Shown here piece by piece: positions 9,460 to 19,900 of a DNA stretch of 64,000 nt (position 1 is the first letter of the stretch; each line of letters begins with the position of its first letter). The notes under the pieces are model-generated. The model made no database searches. It saw nothing but the letters and a program-made list of their open reading frames with translations, and was not told the origin of the DNA. Both the position numbers and the translations under genes were made by a program. Location of the stretch: assembly GCA_965237985.1 (NCBI GenBank), contig OZ250161.1:1771913-1835912 (forward strand), in the 5' to 3' direction. This DNA comes from Candidatus Oxydemutatoraceae bacterium. GTDB taxonomy: Bacteria; Pseudomonadota; Gammaproteobacteria; Poriferisulfidales; Oxydemutatoraceae.

Positions 9460-10473
9460 GTGAAGTTCAAGAATCCAGTGACTCAAACAGAGAGGCAAAA
9501 CCAAATACAGCGGTGGCTCCAGGATAGGTTGGGTGAAAGACCCGGGCTTGTTGAATTGGCGGGTGATGCCAGCTTCAGAAGGTACTACAGGGTAAAGGCA
9601 TCAAGGCAGAGTTTTGTGCTCATGGATGCTCAGCTGGATGATGAAAACGTCAAACAATTTGTGTTTGTCACAAAATTGTTACAGCGTTCCGGACTGCATG
9701 TTCCCACCATTGAACATGCCGACTTGCAGAATGATCTGTTGCTTCTGGAAGATCTGGGTGATCGTCTCCTGCTCAATTGCCTGAACAAGGGCAATGCAAA
9801 GGGTTTCTATTTCCAGGCTGTGAAAGACCTTCTGCTGATTCAGCATGCAAATACGGACGGACTTTCACTTTATAGCGAAGCTAAGCTGCGAAAAGAAATG
9901 GAAATATTCAAAGATTGGTTGTGTGGTCAATACTTGGGTTATCGGTTTTCTCAAGCAGAAGAAAATACTTTTGAAAGCGCCAAACAATTCCTGGTACACC
10001 ACGCGCTGGATCAGCCTCAGGTTTTTGTTCATGGCGATTACCATTCACGAAATATTCTGGTTGTAGCCGATGGTTTGGCGCATATCGATTACCAGGATGC
10101 TGTTCTGGGCCCGCTCAGCTATGATTTGGTTTCCCTTCTAAGGGATTGCTACATTGAATGGCCGGATGGTGATGTTGAGGTTTGGATTGAATACTATTTG
10201 AGTCTCAGTGCTGATGTTGTCTATAGTTCAGGTTTTACAATGAAACAGTTCAAACGGTGGTTTGACTTGATGGGACTGCAGCGGCATTTGAAGGCGTCCG
10301 GCATATTTTGCCGTCTGCTGAAACGTGACGGAAAAATCGGCTACCTGAATGATGTCCAGAGGATATTTGGCTACACGCTTAACTGTTGTGATCAATACCC
10401 TGAATTACGCGAGTTTCGGAAATTACTGAAGCGATTGTATGATTTGTTCATCATGGCGTCCGTTCCGAGATGA
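9460..10473 (+). CDS. amgK: N-acetylmuramate/N-acetylglucosamine kinase (APH-fold kinase, AmgK-like)
   Basis: GTG start. Has the kinase catalytic loop VFVHGDYHSRNILV and HIDYQDAVLGPLSYDLVSLLRD, typical of AmgK-type aminoglycoside-phosphotransferase-fold kinases. It overlaps the next gene, a MurU-like nucleotidyltransferase, by 4 nt (ATGA); that is the classic amgK-murU pair. Confidence 0.75.
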   Translation: MKFKNPVTQTERQNQIQRWLQDRLGERPGLVELAGDASFRRYYRVKASRQSFVLMDAQLDDENVKQFVFVTKLLQRSGLHVPTIEHADLQNDLLLLEDLGDRLLLNCLNKGNAKGFYFQAVKDLLLIQHANTDGLSLYSEAKLRKEMEIFKDWLCGQYLGYRFSQAEENTFESAKQFLVHHALDQPQVFVHGDYHSRNILVVADGLAHIDYQDAVLGPLSYDLVSLLRDCYIEWPDGDVEVWIEYYLSLSADVVYSSGFTMKQFKRWFDLMGLQRHLKASGIFCRLLKRDGKIGYLNDVQRIFGYTLNCCDQYPELREFRKLLKRLYDLFIMASVPR

Positions 10474-11150
10474 AGGCCATGATTTTGGCGGCTGGACATG
10501 GCAAGCGCTTGCGTCCCTTGACTGAACATATCCCGAAGCCGCTTATTTCGGTGGGCGGCAAGATGCTGATTGACAGGCATTTATGTGGTCTTGCGCAGGC
10601 TGGATTCAGCAAGGTGGTAATCAATACTTCGTACATGGGCGATGTCATCAAAGAAAAAGTGGGTTTTGGAGATCGCTATGGAATACCCATTGTTTATTCG
10701 GAAGAAGGTGACAGCCGACTGAATACAGGTGGAGGCGTGAAAAATGCCTTGAAAATTTTGGGCACCCGCCCTTTTCTTCTGGTAAGTGCTGACGTGTTTA
10801 CGGATTGGAGTTTTTCACAGTTTTGTTTGCCGGAAGATGCTGCGGCGCACTTGTTGATGGTCAGGCGTAGTGGTGAACCACGGGAAAGCTACTTTTCATT
10901 GGATCATGGCGGAGTGTCCAGAATTTCAGCGCCAGAACTGGTCTATTCGGGGATCGGGTTTTTTTGGCCGAAAGTTTTTGCAGATATTGAGAAGCGTATT
11001 TTTTCATTGCGGGATGCCCTGGATGCTGCTGTCGTGAAAAACACCATAACCACGGATGTTTATGATGGTTGCATGGTAAATGTCGGCACTGCAGACGGTC
11101 TGAGGGACGCCAGAAGACGCTCGGTTTTTGGTGCACAAGAGCTGTCATGA
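10470..11150 (+). CDS. murU: N-acetylmuramate alpha-1-phosphate uridylyltransferase (MurU-like nucleotidyltransferase)
   Basis: The N-terminal MKAMILAAGHGKRLRPLTEHIPKPL matches the sugar-phosphate nucleotidyltransferase G-x-G-x-R-L-x-P-L-T signature. About 226 aa. Translationally coupled to amgK. Confidence 0.75.
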   Translation: MKAMILAAGHGKRLRPLTEHIPKPLISVGGKMLIDRHLCGLAQAGFSKVVINTSYMGDVIKEKVGFGDRYGIPIVYSEEGDSRLNTGGGVKNALKILGTRPFLLVSADVFTDWSFSQFCLPEDAAAHLLMVRRSGEPRESYFSLDHGGVSRISAPELVYSGIGFFWPKVFADIEKRIFSLRDALDAAVVKNTITTDVYDGCMVNVGTADGLRDARRRSVFGAQELS

Positions 11151-12115
11151 GGTTGTTGTTGTCTACTTTTACAAATAAATTGTCCAACAAAGGAGGAACT
11201 GTTCACTCTTAAAGAAAAGGGGTGGATATGCGATTCATGGATTTTTCTTTGTTTGGGCTTTTGGCTATGGTTTTCAGGAGAGTCGACCGCGGTTTCCCAT
11301 CGCCTGCGTAGCGCGTCAGGATCTCCTCGTTTCTCAGCATGGGAGAATTGTTTTCAACTGCCCGCATAACGGGGTTGTCCGAAGTCACCATCATGAAAAA
11401 AAATGGCTGGTCGTTATCGGTGACAGGCATTTCCCCACCGCTAATCCGGAAAATTAAGCTCCCTTTCTACCGTGACCAACCGGCCGCTTGCATGGGCTTA
11501 GGTCTTTTATGGAAGAAGCAGGGGGGGGTTCTGTGCATAAGAAAGTCAGACCGTCTACGCTAGATCGCTGACGGTGGCACAGTCAGGGCGGCAATGCGCC
11601 TGAATTTTGCGCCCCCGGCAAAGACCAGGATTTTTTGTTGCCATGGGGTCTGCCTGCGGCAGCACGAGGCGCCCCTTGTAGCGTCTCAGACTGTCTTGCA
11701 GAAAGCGACTGACAATGATTGTTTTCTCTTTGCCTGGCCTGCCTTTGGGCTGGCAATCCTTTGCTTATTTTTTTCTGAGTAGGTCTGGTGCCTGCCTGGG
11801 TGCGGCCATCATGCTATATGCCAGTGCTGTAGTCGTGGGCATGGAACCGAGATGTCATGAGCCTGAGCGAAGAGAGTGAAGACCTGTGCCTTGAGCCGTC
11901 CTAGCACCATGGAAGCAACCCGAAAGTGTGTGGCGGTCCAGGATGTGCAGCTTTGCTGCGCTTGCCAAGTTTGTCTCCGTGTTCTTGACTGGTTCTGCCG
12001 GACTTGCCGGACTTGCTGACGACACAGTCCCCACGAAGGACCTCGGGGCTGGCATTGTCAGGGAAGCTCAGCAGCATTGGCGTTCTCCAGCACCCTTTGT
12101 GTTGCTCGACTGATG

Positions 12116-13339
12116 TGTAGAAGTTTAGACCCAATCTGACACATCACTCAATCAAGCTGAGCGCAGCGAAGCTTGATTTAGTGAGAGTTACCCGTTTAGA
12201 TGTCATTGCAATATTAATATCCAAACAAAGAGGTAGCTCTCATGATCCATACTAACGATAAAGTCATTAAATATAAAGTCGGCCTACTCAATCTGGCTGA
12301 AGAACTCGGAAACGTCTCAAAAGCCTGCAAGATGATGGGCTTATCCAGAGATACTTTCTATCGATACAAAGCCGCTGCTGATGAAGGTGGCATTGAAGCA
12401 CTTTTTGATCAAAACAGGCGTATCGCGAACCTCAAAAATAGAGTTGATCCTGCGATTGAATCCATCGTCGTTGAACACGCTCTGGAAGAACCTGCCCATG
12501 GGCAGACCCGAACCAGCAATGAGCTACGCAAAATGGGGACATTTGTTTCGCCGACGGGCGTACGAAGTATTTGGTTACGCCATAACCTGGCTTGCCTTAA
12601 AGATCGACTCAAAGCACTATCCGATAAAGTGGCCACTGAAGGCCTGATTCTTACTGAGCCTCAAGTCGCTGCCATGGAACGCAAACAAGATGACGATCAG
12701 GCCTGTGGTGAGATAGAAACAGCCCACCCTGGCTATTTGGGCTCGCAAGACACTCACTATGTGGGTACATTCAAGGGTATTGGCCGAGTCTATCAGCAGA
12801 CGTTTATTGATACTTACAGTAAAGTCGCTCATGCCAAGCTCTACACCACCAAAACGCCGATTACCGCCGCTGATATGCTCAATGATCGTGTGTTGCCGTT
12901 CTATGAGGAACAAGCACTTCCCATGCTGCGGATTCTCACCGACCGTGGTACAGAATATTGTGGTCGAGCTGACCAACATGATTACCAGCTCTACCTGGCT
13001 TTGAATGATATTGAGCACACCAAAACCAAAGTCAGGTCACCGCAAACCAATGGCATTTGTGAACGCTTCCACAAGACCCTTCTCAATGAGTTTTACCAAG
13101 TGACCTTGCGTAAGAAAATCTATCAATCGATAGAAGAGTTACAAATTGATCTTGACAAATGGCTCATCAAATACAATACTCAACGAACTCACCAAGGCAA
13201 AATGTGCTGTGGGAGAACGCCGATGGAAACTCTCATCGACGGCAAATCGATCTGGAAGGAAAAGTTTTTGAACTAAACTTAACCTGACAGTCGGTTGCTG
13301 ATAAACGGGTAACTGTCAGATCAAGTCTAAACTTCTACA
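12116..13339 (+). mobile_element. Intact IS481-family insertion sequence (1,224 bp) with a 7-bp target-site duplication
   Basis: IRL TGTAGAAGTTTAGAC (12116-12130) is the exact reverse complement of IRR GTCTAAACTTCTACA (13325-13339). Similarity extends to about 26 bp with 3 mismatches. The direct repeat ACTGATG flanks both ends (12109-12115 and 13340-13346). It carries a single transposase ORF. Confidence 0.85.
12242..13276 (+). CDS. IS481-family DDE transposase (HTH plus rve integrase core)
   Basis: 344 aa. N-terminal HTH region LGNVSKACKMMGLSRDTFYRYK. C-terminal integrase-core signature KTKVRSPQTNGICERFHKTLLNEF. A single unframeshifted ORF between TGT...ACA inverted repeats. Confidence 0.9.
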   Translation: MIHTNDKVIKYKVGLLNLAEELGNVSKACKMMGLSRDTFYRYKAAADEGGIEALFDQNRRIANLKNRVDPAIESIVVEHALEEPAHGQTRTSNELRKMGTFVSPTGVRSIWLRHNLACLKDRLKALSDKVATEGLILTEPQVAAMERKQDDDQACGEIETAHPGYLGSQDTHYVGTFKGIGRVYQQTFIDTYSKVAHAKLYTTKTPITAADMLNDRVLPFYEEQALPMLRILTDRGTEYCGRADQHDYQLYLALNDIEHTKTKVRSPQTNGICERFHKTLLNEFYQVTLRKKIYQSIEELQIDLDKWLIKYNTQRTHQGKMCCGRTPMETLIDGKSIWKEKFLN

Positions 13340-13994
13340 ACTGATGAGACAAACTGCAGCATCTTGACGTGCAGCTGGCGACACTTTTGCCTGCCGCAGT
13401 TCAGCAACGTTCAGTCACTGTCGGCTCCCCACCGTCGAGATTGCCATTTGCTTTGCCTGGCAGGCTTTTTGCCGTGCTGGTCACACTTGTAGCTTTATGC
13501 CTGGGGAGTTCAAGTCTTGACATCAGGCCGGTCGCGCGTTTTTTTCGCGTTTTTTGTTTACCAAGGCCTTATCCGCCTTGCCAGCGCTACTTTGTAAAGC
13601 TACGCGCCTGCCGTTCGTTGAGATGCACATTGTGTTCCACCTCTGCCAGGGGGGGCAGATGTTCTTGGTGGATGGTCGCAATCCTCCGTAGCAGGTTTGT
13701 TCCCCGCCGCACAAGAGCAAGCTCTTGGATCTTGGTTGACTTTTGTGCCACTTGCTTTTTCTTGGCCAAAGCTTCCAGCGGGGAAGTCGTGTGATGAAAA
13801 AGAGAACACTCACTATCATGCGGGTTGTGCCTAGACATGGAGTCTACATGCAGCGGTGAAAAGTAAGCTAGACTCAAACGCCGTTTAAGCGCTGTGGCAA
13901 TTTCTGTTTTATGAATGCTTTGCAGGCTGCTTGAGCGTCGCGGTAGAGGTTCACCTCTGTCTGCGGAATTTGGCTGTTTTTGGAGCGGTGGAGA

Positions 13995-16900
13995 ATGTCC
14001 TCGATTAGAAAATTTTCATCTGTAAAGATGTTTTCAATCTGTGGGTTGCAGTTATTCTGCTCCGCGATTGCCCTGATGTGCTTTCCTCCGACCGTCTTCG
14101 GGCAAGATGTGGTTACGATCGTTACTGGGCTGGCAAGCGGTACGACATTATTCAATATCACAATGGACACTGGTGATATTCTGGGGACTGGTGCTGTGTC
14201 GGATTCCTTTATTCCCGTCGCGGTAACCAAGATTGTTCCGACTGTTGACTGTCCTACCGTTAGAGATGATTGTCTGCTGTTAAGTGATGATATTAGAAAA
14301 TTCTTTCCTGATAAGGGAAAAGATCTTAAGGAAACAAGGAACTTTCTGAATCAATTGAGCGTGCGGTCCGCTGATTATCTGCCTGTTACTGCAACGCTTG
14401 CTTTAACGGTCACCTATTATTCTAGACTTGAACGTGGTTTACCAGTGGAAATTACGGCTACCACCAGATTAAGTTTAGTTCTGGTGGAGGACCCGCCACC
14501 TGTGTTGAAGGATGAAAATGCCGTAAGCACCATTTTTGTTTCTAATTCGCCCTTCATGACCGCGGTTTTTGGAACAATAACCGTTAGGGATGTGCAATCT
14601 ACTGAATTTGTCGTTGAGGTAGTCAGTAGTATACGAATAACGCATATTTGTGGGGGTGGCAGTGTGGATGGCCGCACAGACTGCCTCCTTTTTGAATCTG
14701 AACCGACAATCGCGGAATTTTTAGGAGGTTCCAGTCAGCAGAGATCAGTTGCTCTTGCCCAGGGTTTTCTGCGCAGCATCCCGATGAAAATTTCCGGGGT
14801 CCCACCAATTCGGGCGACGGTGACGGTGTCACTGGAGTCGCGACTCAACGACAGTTCAATACCGCGGAAATCCACCCCGCTTACCTACGCCCTGGATTTT
14901 GATATCTCCGCTCTGGTGCCGCAGTTGAGTGATAAGTCCAATCTTAAAAAAGAGGGCTCCACAGGCGGCTTTATGCCTTTCAGTTCGCTGAGAGTTACGG
15001 ATGTTGGGGGCGAGGAGGAGGTTTTTACCAGCGTAAGGCTTACACAGGATTGTGGGGAGCTGGGAGAAAATTGCCTGCGGCTGAGTCCTCAACCGAGTAG
15101 CTTTGGAAGTTCTGTATTCGGCGATGACCCCCAAGATTTTTTGCGGAGCGTGATCGTGGTCCCGATAGGCGGCAGTTCCTTGTCTGCAACCGTAACTGTG
15201 ACGGTTAGTTCTATGTTACGTGGCTTAGCGCGAGTTTCCAATGAACTGGTTTACCGCCTGACTTTCGTCAGCAGGGCACCATTCCTGTCTGATAGTCCCA
15301 GCGAAAAAAGTGGCGATGTGTTGGGGTTCAGCCCATTCAGCTCCATCACTGTGACAGCAAGAGAAGCGGACACGATTACCAGTGTGGTGGTTGGGGCTTC
15401 CGGATGTTCCAGAGACCGTTCTACCTGCCTGGACATCATTGGCGTGGATCCGATAGCAGGAACAGCGATGCAGGTTCAGAGCTCCCTGCGGGATCTGGTG
15501 GTGAAATGGAGTGCGGACTATCGGGAGACGCGTGAGGCGACGGTGACGGTTTCCCTGGAAAGCAGTGTGAGGAACGCCTTTGGAGAGTTCGTGTCCCGGA
15601 AGTCAACCCCCCTGACGTATCGTCTGACTTTCACTGTTTCAGATCCACTGCCGCAGTTGAGTGATGATAAGTCCAATCTTAAAAAAGAGGGCTCCACAGG
15701 CGGCTTTATGCCTTTCAGTTCGCTGAGAGTTACGGATGTTAGGGGCGATGAGGAGGTTTTTACCAGCGTAAGGCTTATACAGGATTGTGGGGAGCTGGGA
15801 GAAAATTGTCTGCGGCTGAGTCCTCAACCGAGTAGCTTTGGAAGTCCTGTATTTGGCGATGACCCCCAAGATTTTTTGCGGAGCGTGATCGTGGGCACCA
15901 CAGACGGCCGTTCCTTGTCTGCAACCGTAACTGTGACGGTTAGTTCTATGTTACGTGGCTTAGCGCGAGTTTCCAATAAACTGGTTTACCGCCTGACTTT
16001 CGTCAGCAGGGCACCATTCCTGTCTGATAGTCCCAGCGAAAAAAGTGGCGATGTGTTGGGGTTCAGCCCATTCAGTTCCATCACTGTGACAGCAAGAGAA
16101 GCGGACACGATTACCAGTGTGGTGGTTGGGGCTTCCGGATGTTCCAGAGACCGTTCTACCTGCCTGGACATCATTGGCGTGGATCCGATAGCAGGAACAG
16201 CGATGCAGGTTCAGAGCTCCCTGCGGGATCTGGTGGTGAAATGGAGTGCGGACTATCGGGAGACGCGTGAGGCGACGGTGACGGTTTCCCTGGAAAGCAG
16301 TGTGAGGAACGCCTTTGGAGAGTTCGTGTCCCGGAAGTCAACCCCCCTGACGTATCGTCTGACTTTCACTGTTTCAGATCCACTGCCGCAGTTGAGTGAT
16401 GATAAGTCCAATCTTAAAAAAGAGGGCTCCACAGGCGGCTTTATGCCTTTCAGTTCGCTGAGAGTTACGGATGTTAGGGGCGATGAGGAGGTTTTTACCA
16501 GCGTAAGGCTTATACAGGATTGTGGGGAGCTGGGAGAAAATTGTCTGCGGCTGAGTCCTCAACCGAGTAGCTTTGGAAGTCCTGTATTTGGCGATGACCC
16601 CCAAGATTTTTTGCGGAGCGTGATCGTGGGCACCACAGACGGCCGTTCCTTGTCTGCAACCGTAACTGTGACGGTTAGTTCTATGTTACGTGGCTTAGCG
16701 CGAGTTTCCAATAAACTGGTTTACCGCCTGACTTTCGTCAGCAGGGCACCATTCCTGTCTGATAGTCCCAGCGAAAAAAGTGGCGATGTGTTGGGGTTCA
16801 GCCCATTCAGTTCCATCACTGTGACAGCAAGAGAAGCGGACACGATTACCAGTGTGGTGGTTGGGTCTTCCGGATGTTCCAGAGACCGTTCTACCTGCCT

Positions 16901-19900
16901 GGACATCATTGGCGTGGATCCGATAGCAGGAACAGCGATGCAGGTTCAGAGCTCCCTGCGGGATCTGGTGGTGAAATGGAGTGCGAACTATCGGAATCCG
17001 CGTGAGGCGACGGTGACGGTTTCCCTGGAAAGCAGTGTGAGGAACGCCTTTGGAGAGCTCGTGTCCCGGAAGTCAACCCCCCTGACGTATTGTCTGTCTT
17101 TCACTGTTTCAGATCCACTGCCGCAGTTGAGTGATGATAAGTCCAATCTTAAAAAAGAGGGCTCCACAGGCGGCTTTACGCCTTTCAGTTCGCTGAGAGT
17201 TACGGATGTTAGGGGCGATGAGGAGGTTTTTACCAGCGTAAGGCTTATACAGGATTGTGGGGAGCTGGGAGAAAATTGCCTGCGGCTGAGTCCTGAACCG
17301 AGTAGCTTTGGAAGTCCTGCATTTGGCGATGACCCCGACCCCCAAGATTTTTTGCGGAGCGTGATCGTGGTCCCGATAGGCGGCCGTTCCTTGTCTGCAA
17401 CCGTAACTGTGACGGTTAGTTCTATGTTACGTGGCTTAGCGCGAGTTTCCAATGAACTGGTTTACCGCCTGACTTTCGTCAGCAGGGCACCATTCCTGTC
17501 TGATAGTCCCAGCGAAAAAAGTGGCGATGTGTTGGGGTTCAGCCCATTCAGCTCCATCACTGTGACAGCAAGAGAAGCGGACACGATTACCAGTGTGGTG
17601 GTTGGGGCTTCCGGATGTTCCAGAGACCGTTCTACCTGCCTGGACATCATTGGCGTGGATCCGATAGCAGGAACAGCGATGCAGGTTCAGAGCTCCCTGC
17701 GGGATCTGGTGGTGAAATGGAGTGCGGACTATCGGGAGACGCGTGAGGCGACGGTGACGGTTTCCCTGGAAAGCAGTGTGAGGAACGCCTTTGGAGAGCT
17801 CTTGTCCCGGAAGTCAACCCCCCTGACGTATCGTCTGACTTTCACTGTTTCAGATCCACTGCCGCAGTTGAGTGATGATAAGTCCAATCTTAAAAAAGAG
17901 GGCTCCACAGGCGGCTTTATGCCTTTCAGTTCGCTGAGAGTTACGGATGTTGGGGGCGAGGAGGAGGTTTTTACCAGCGTAAGGCTTATACAGGATTGTG
18001 GGGATCTGGGAGAAAATTGCCTGCGGCTGAGTCCTGAACCGAGTAGCTTTGGAAGTCCTGCATTTGGCGATGACCCCGACCCCCAAGATTTTTTGCGGAG
18101 CATGACCGTGGGCACCACAGACGACCGTTCCTTGTCTGCAACCGTAACTGTGACGGTTAGTTCTATGTTACGTGGCTTAGCGCGAGTTTCCAATAAACTG
18201 GTTTACCGCCTGACTTTCGTCAGCAGGGCACCATTCCTGTCTGATAGTTCCAGCGAAAAAAGTGGCGATGTGTTGGGGTTCAGCCCATTCAGCTCCGTCA
18301 CTGTGACAGCAAGAGAAGCGGACACGATTACCAGTGTGGTGGTTGGGGCTTCCGGATGTTCCAGAGACCGTTCTACCTGCCTGGACATCATTGGCGTGGA
18401 TCCGATAGCAGGAACAGCGATGCAGGTTCAGAGCTCCCTGCGGGATCTGGTGGTGAAATGGAGTGCGAACTATCGGAATCCGCGTGAGGCGACGGTGACG
18501 GTTTCCCTGGAAAGCAGTGTGAGGACCGCCTTTGGAGAGCTCGTGTCCCGGAAGTCAACCCCCCTGACGTATCGTCTGACTTTCACTGTTTCAGACTTGC
18601 CGCCAATGTTGGATGATGCCTCAGGTCTTGATAAAACGGGTTTTGTCGGCGGCTTCGAGCCTTTCGCTGAAATAACATTAAGTGATGATGACAGCAGGGG
18701 AGGGACGGAGTCAATTACCGGCATTCGAATCGCCGTAGACTGCGTTGGCGGCGCTACGACCTGCACAGCTTATGTGGGCGACGGGCCGGGTGATTTCGCT
18801 GGAGGAACTCTTTCGGAAGCTCAGAACTTTCTGCGAAAACTACAGGTTCGTTCCCGGTTCGCGTCTTATTCGGCAAGGTTGTCTGTAACAGTCCGTACGG
18901 TGCTACGGGAACTGCCGCGTCAGTCTAATACGCTTGTTTATACTTTGACATTCCCCACACTTGGCCGTCTTCGTGATGACCGACCCAAGAGCAGGTTTGT
19001 CGTCCCGGAATTTGCTGTTGACCTGGGGGTTAACCCTTATGACTTGGATGAGGTGCGCAATGCAGTTAAAGAACATTGCGGTGGTGATTATTTCGAAGAT
19101 TCTGATGGTGATGGCGTGCCAAATAATGTTGAAGCACAGTTGGGCACAGACTGTCGGAATGACGATCCAGACAATGTAGCGGGTGGCGAGGAGAGACCTT
19201 TGGTGACTGTTGATACTTCCGAGGCTCAGATGTTGGACAAATTGCCCTTTACAGGCAGTCTGTCGGAACTTGAAATTCAATGCCGGGGTTGTGTGGAGAT
19301 TTTCTTCCTTGAAAAACAGGCTGTCTGCACTTCCGCATCGGCTGACTCCGTACTCGGGAACGGCAGCATTGCATTCCCGGGCGTAAACCAGTCATCTTGT
19401 TACCAGGCGGGCTATTACTCAAGCTCTGCAACTGCTGCTCCTTCCCCCTTGACAGGAACGATTTTCCCTGTGCCAACCTGGTCGGAGCTATATGTGTTGG
19501 GCATAGACAAGTATGGGAACTGGTCTGTCAGCAATAGTGGGGCACTGGATACGAAGGTGGTGTACACGTTAGCCGTTTTGAGTCTCGGTCCGGATCTATA
19601 TGCCCTTGGGGATATGGCAAACGTCACGGTGGAATTTCGCGGGCGATGGACTCAGGCATCTCCGGACTTGTCGCTTCCTGCGGTTGCCCTGGCTTTTACT
19701 CTTGACGTCAACGGCACGAAATTCCCGGGATCATTTCCCAATCCCGTGCACAGGGGTACGATGACCATTCCTGTTGATGTGTCCGATATTGATGCAGGAA
19801 GCATGCTGATTGTGAGCCTGGATGACTCCAATTTTTTTGCCGTGGGAAGAAGTGTTCTTACTATCCTAAAAGGAGAAGCGCCGCCATTCATAACGATTGG

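Noticed and set aside
11209-11430. 73-aa minus-strand ORF and other short ORFs between murU and the IS element (also 13369..13877)
   Set aside because: No motif is recognised, and these are overlapping alternative-frame ORFs. The region behaves like degenerate non-coding DNA, though blastx could still reveal an old remnant.
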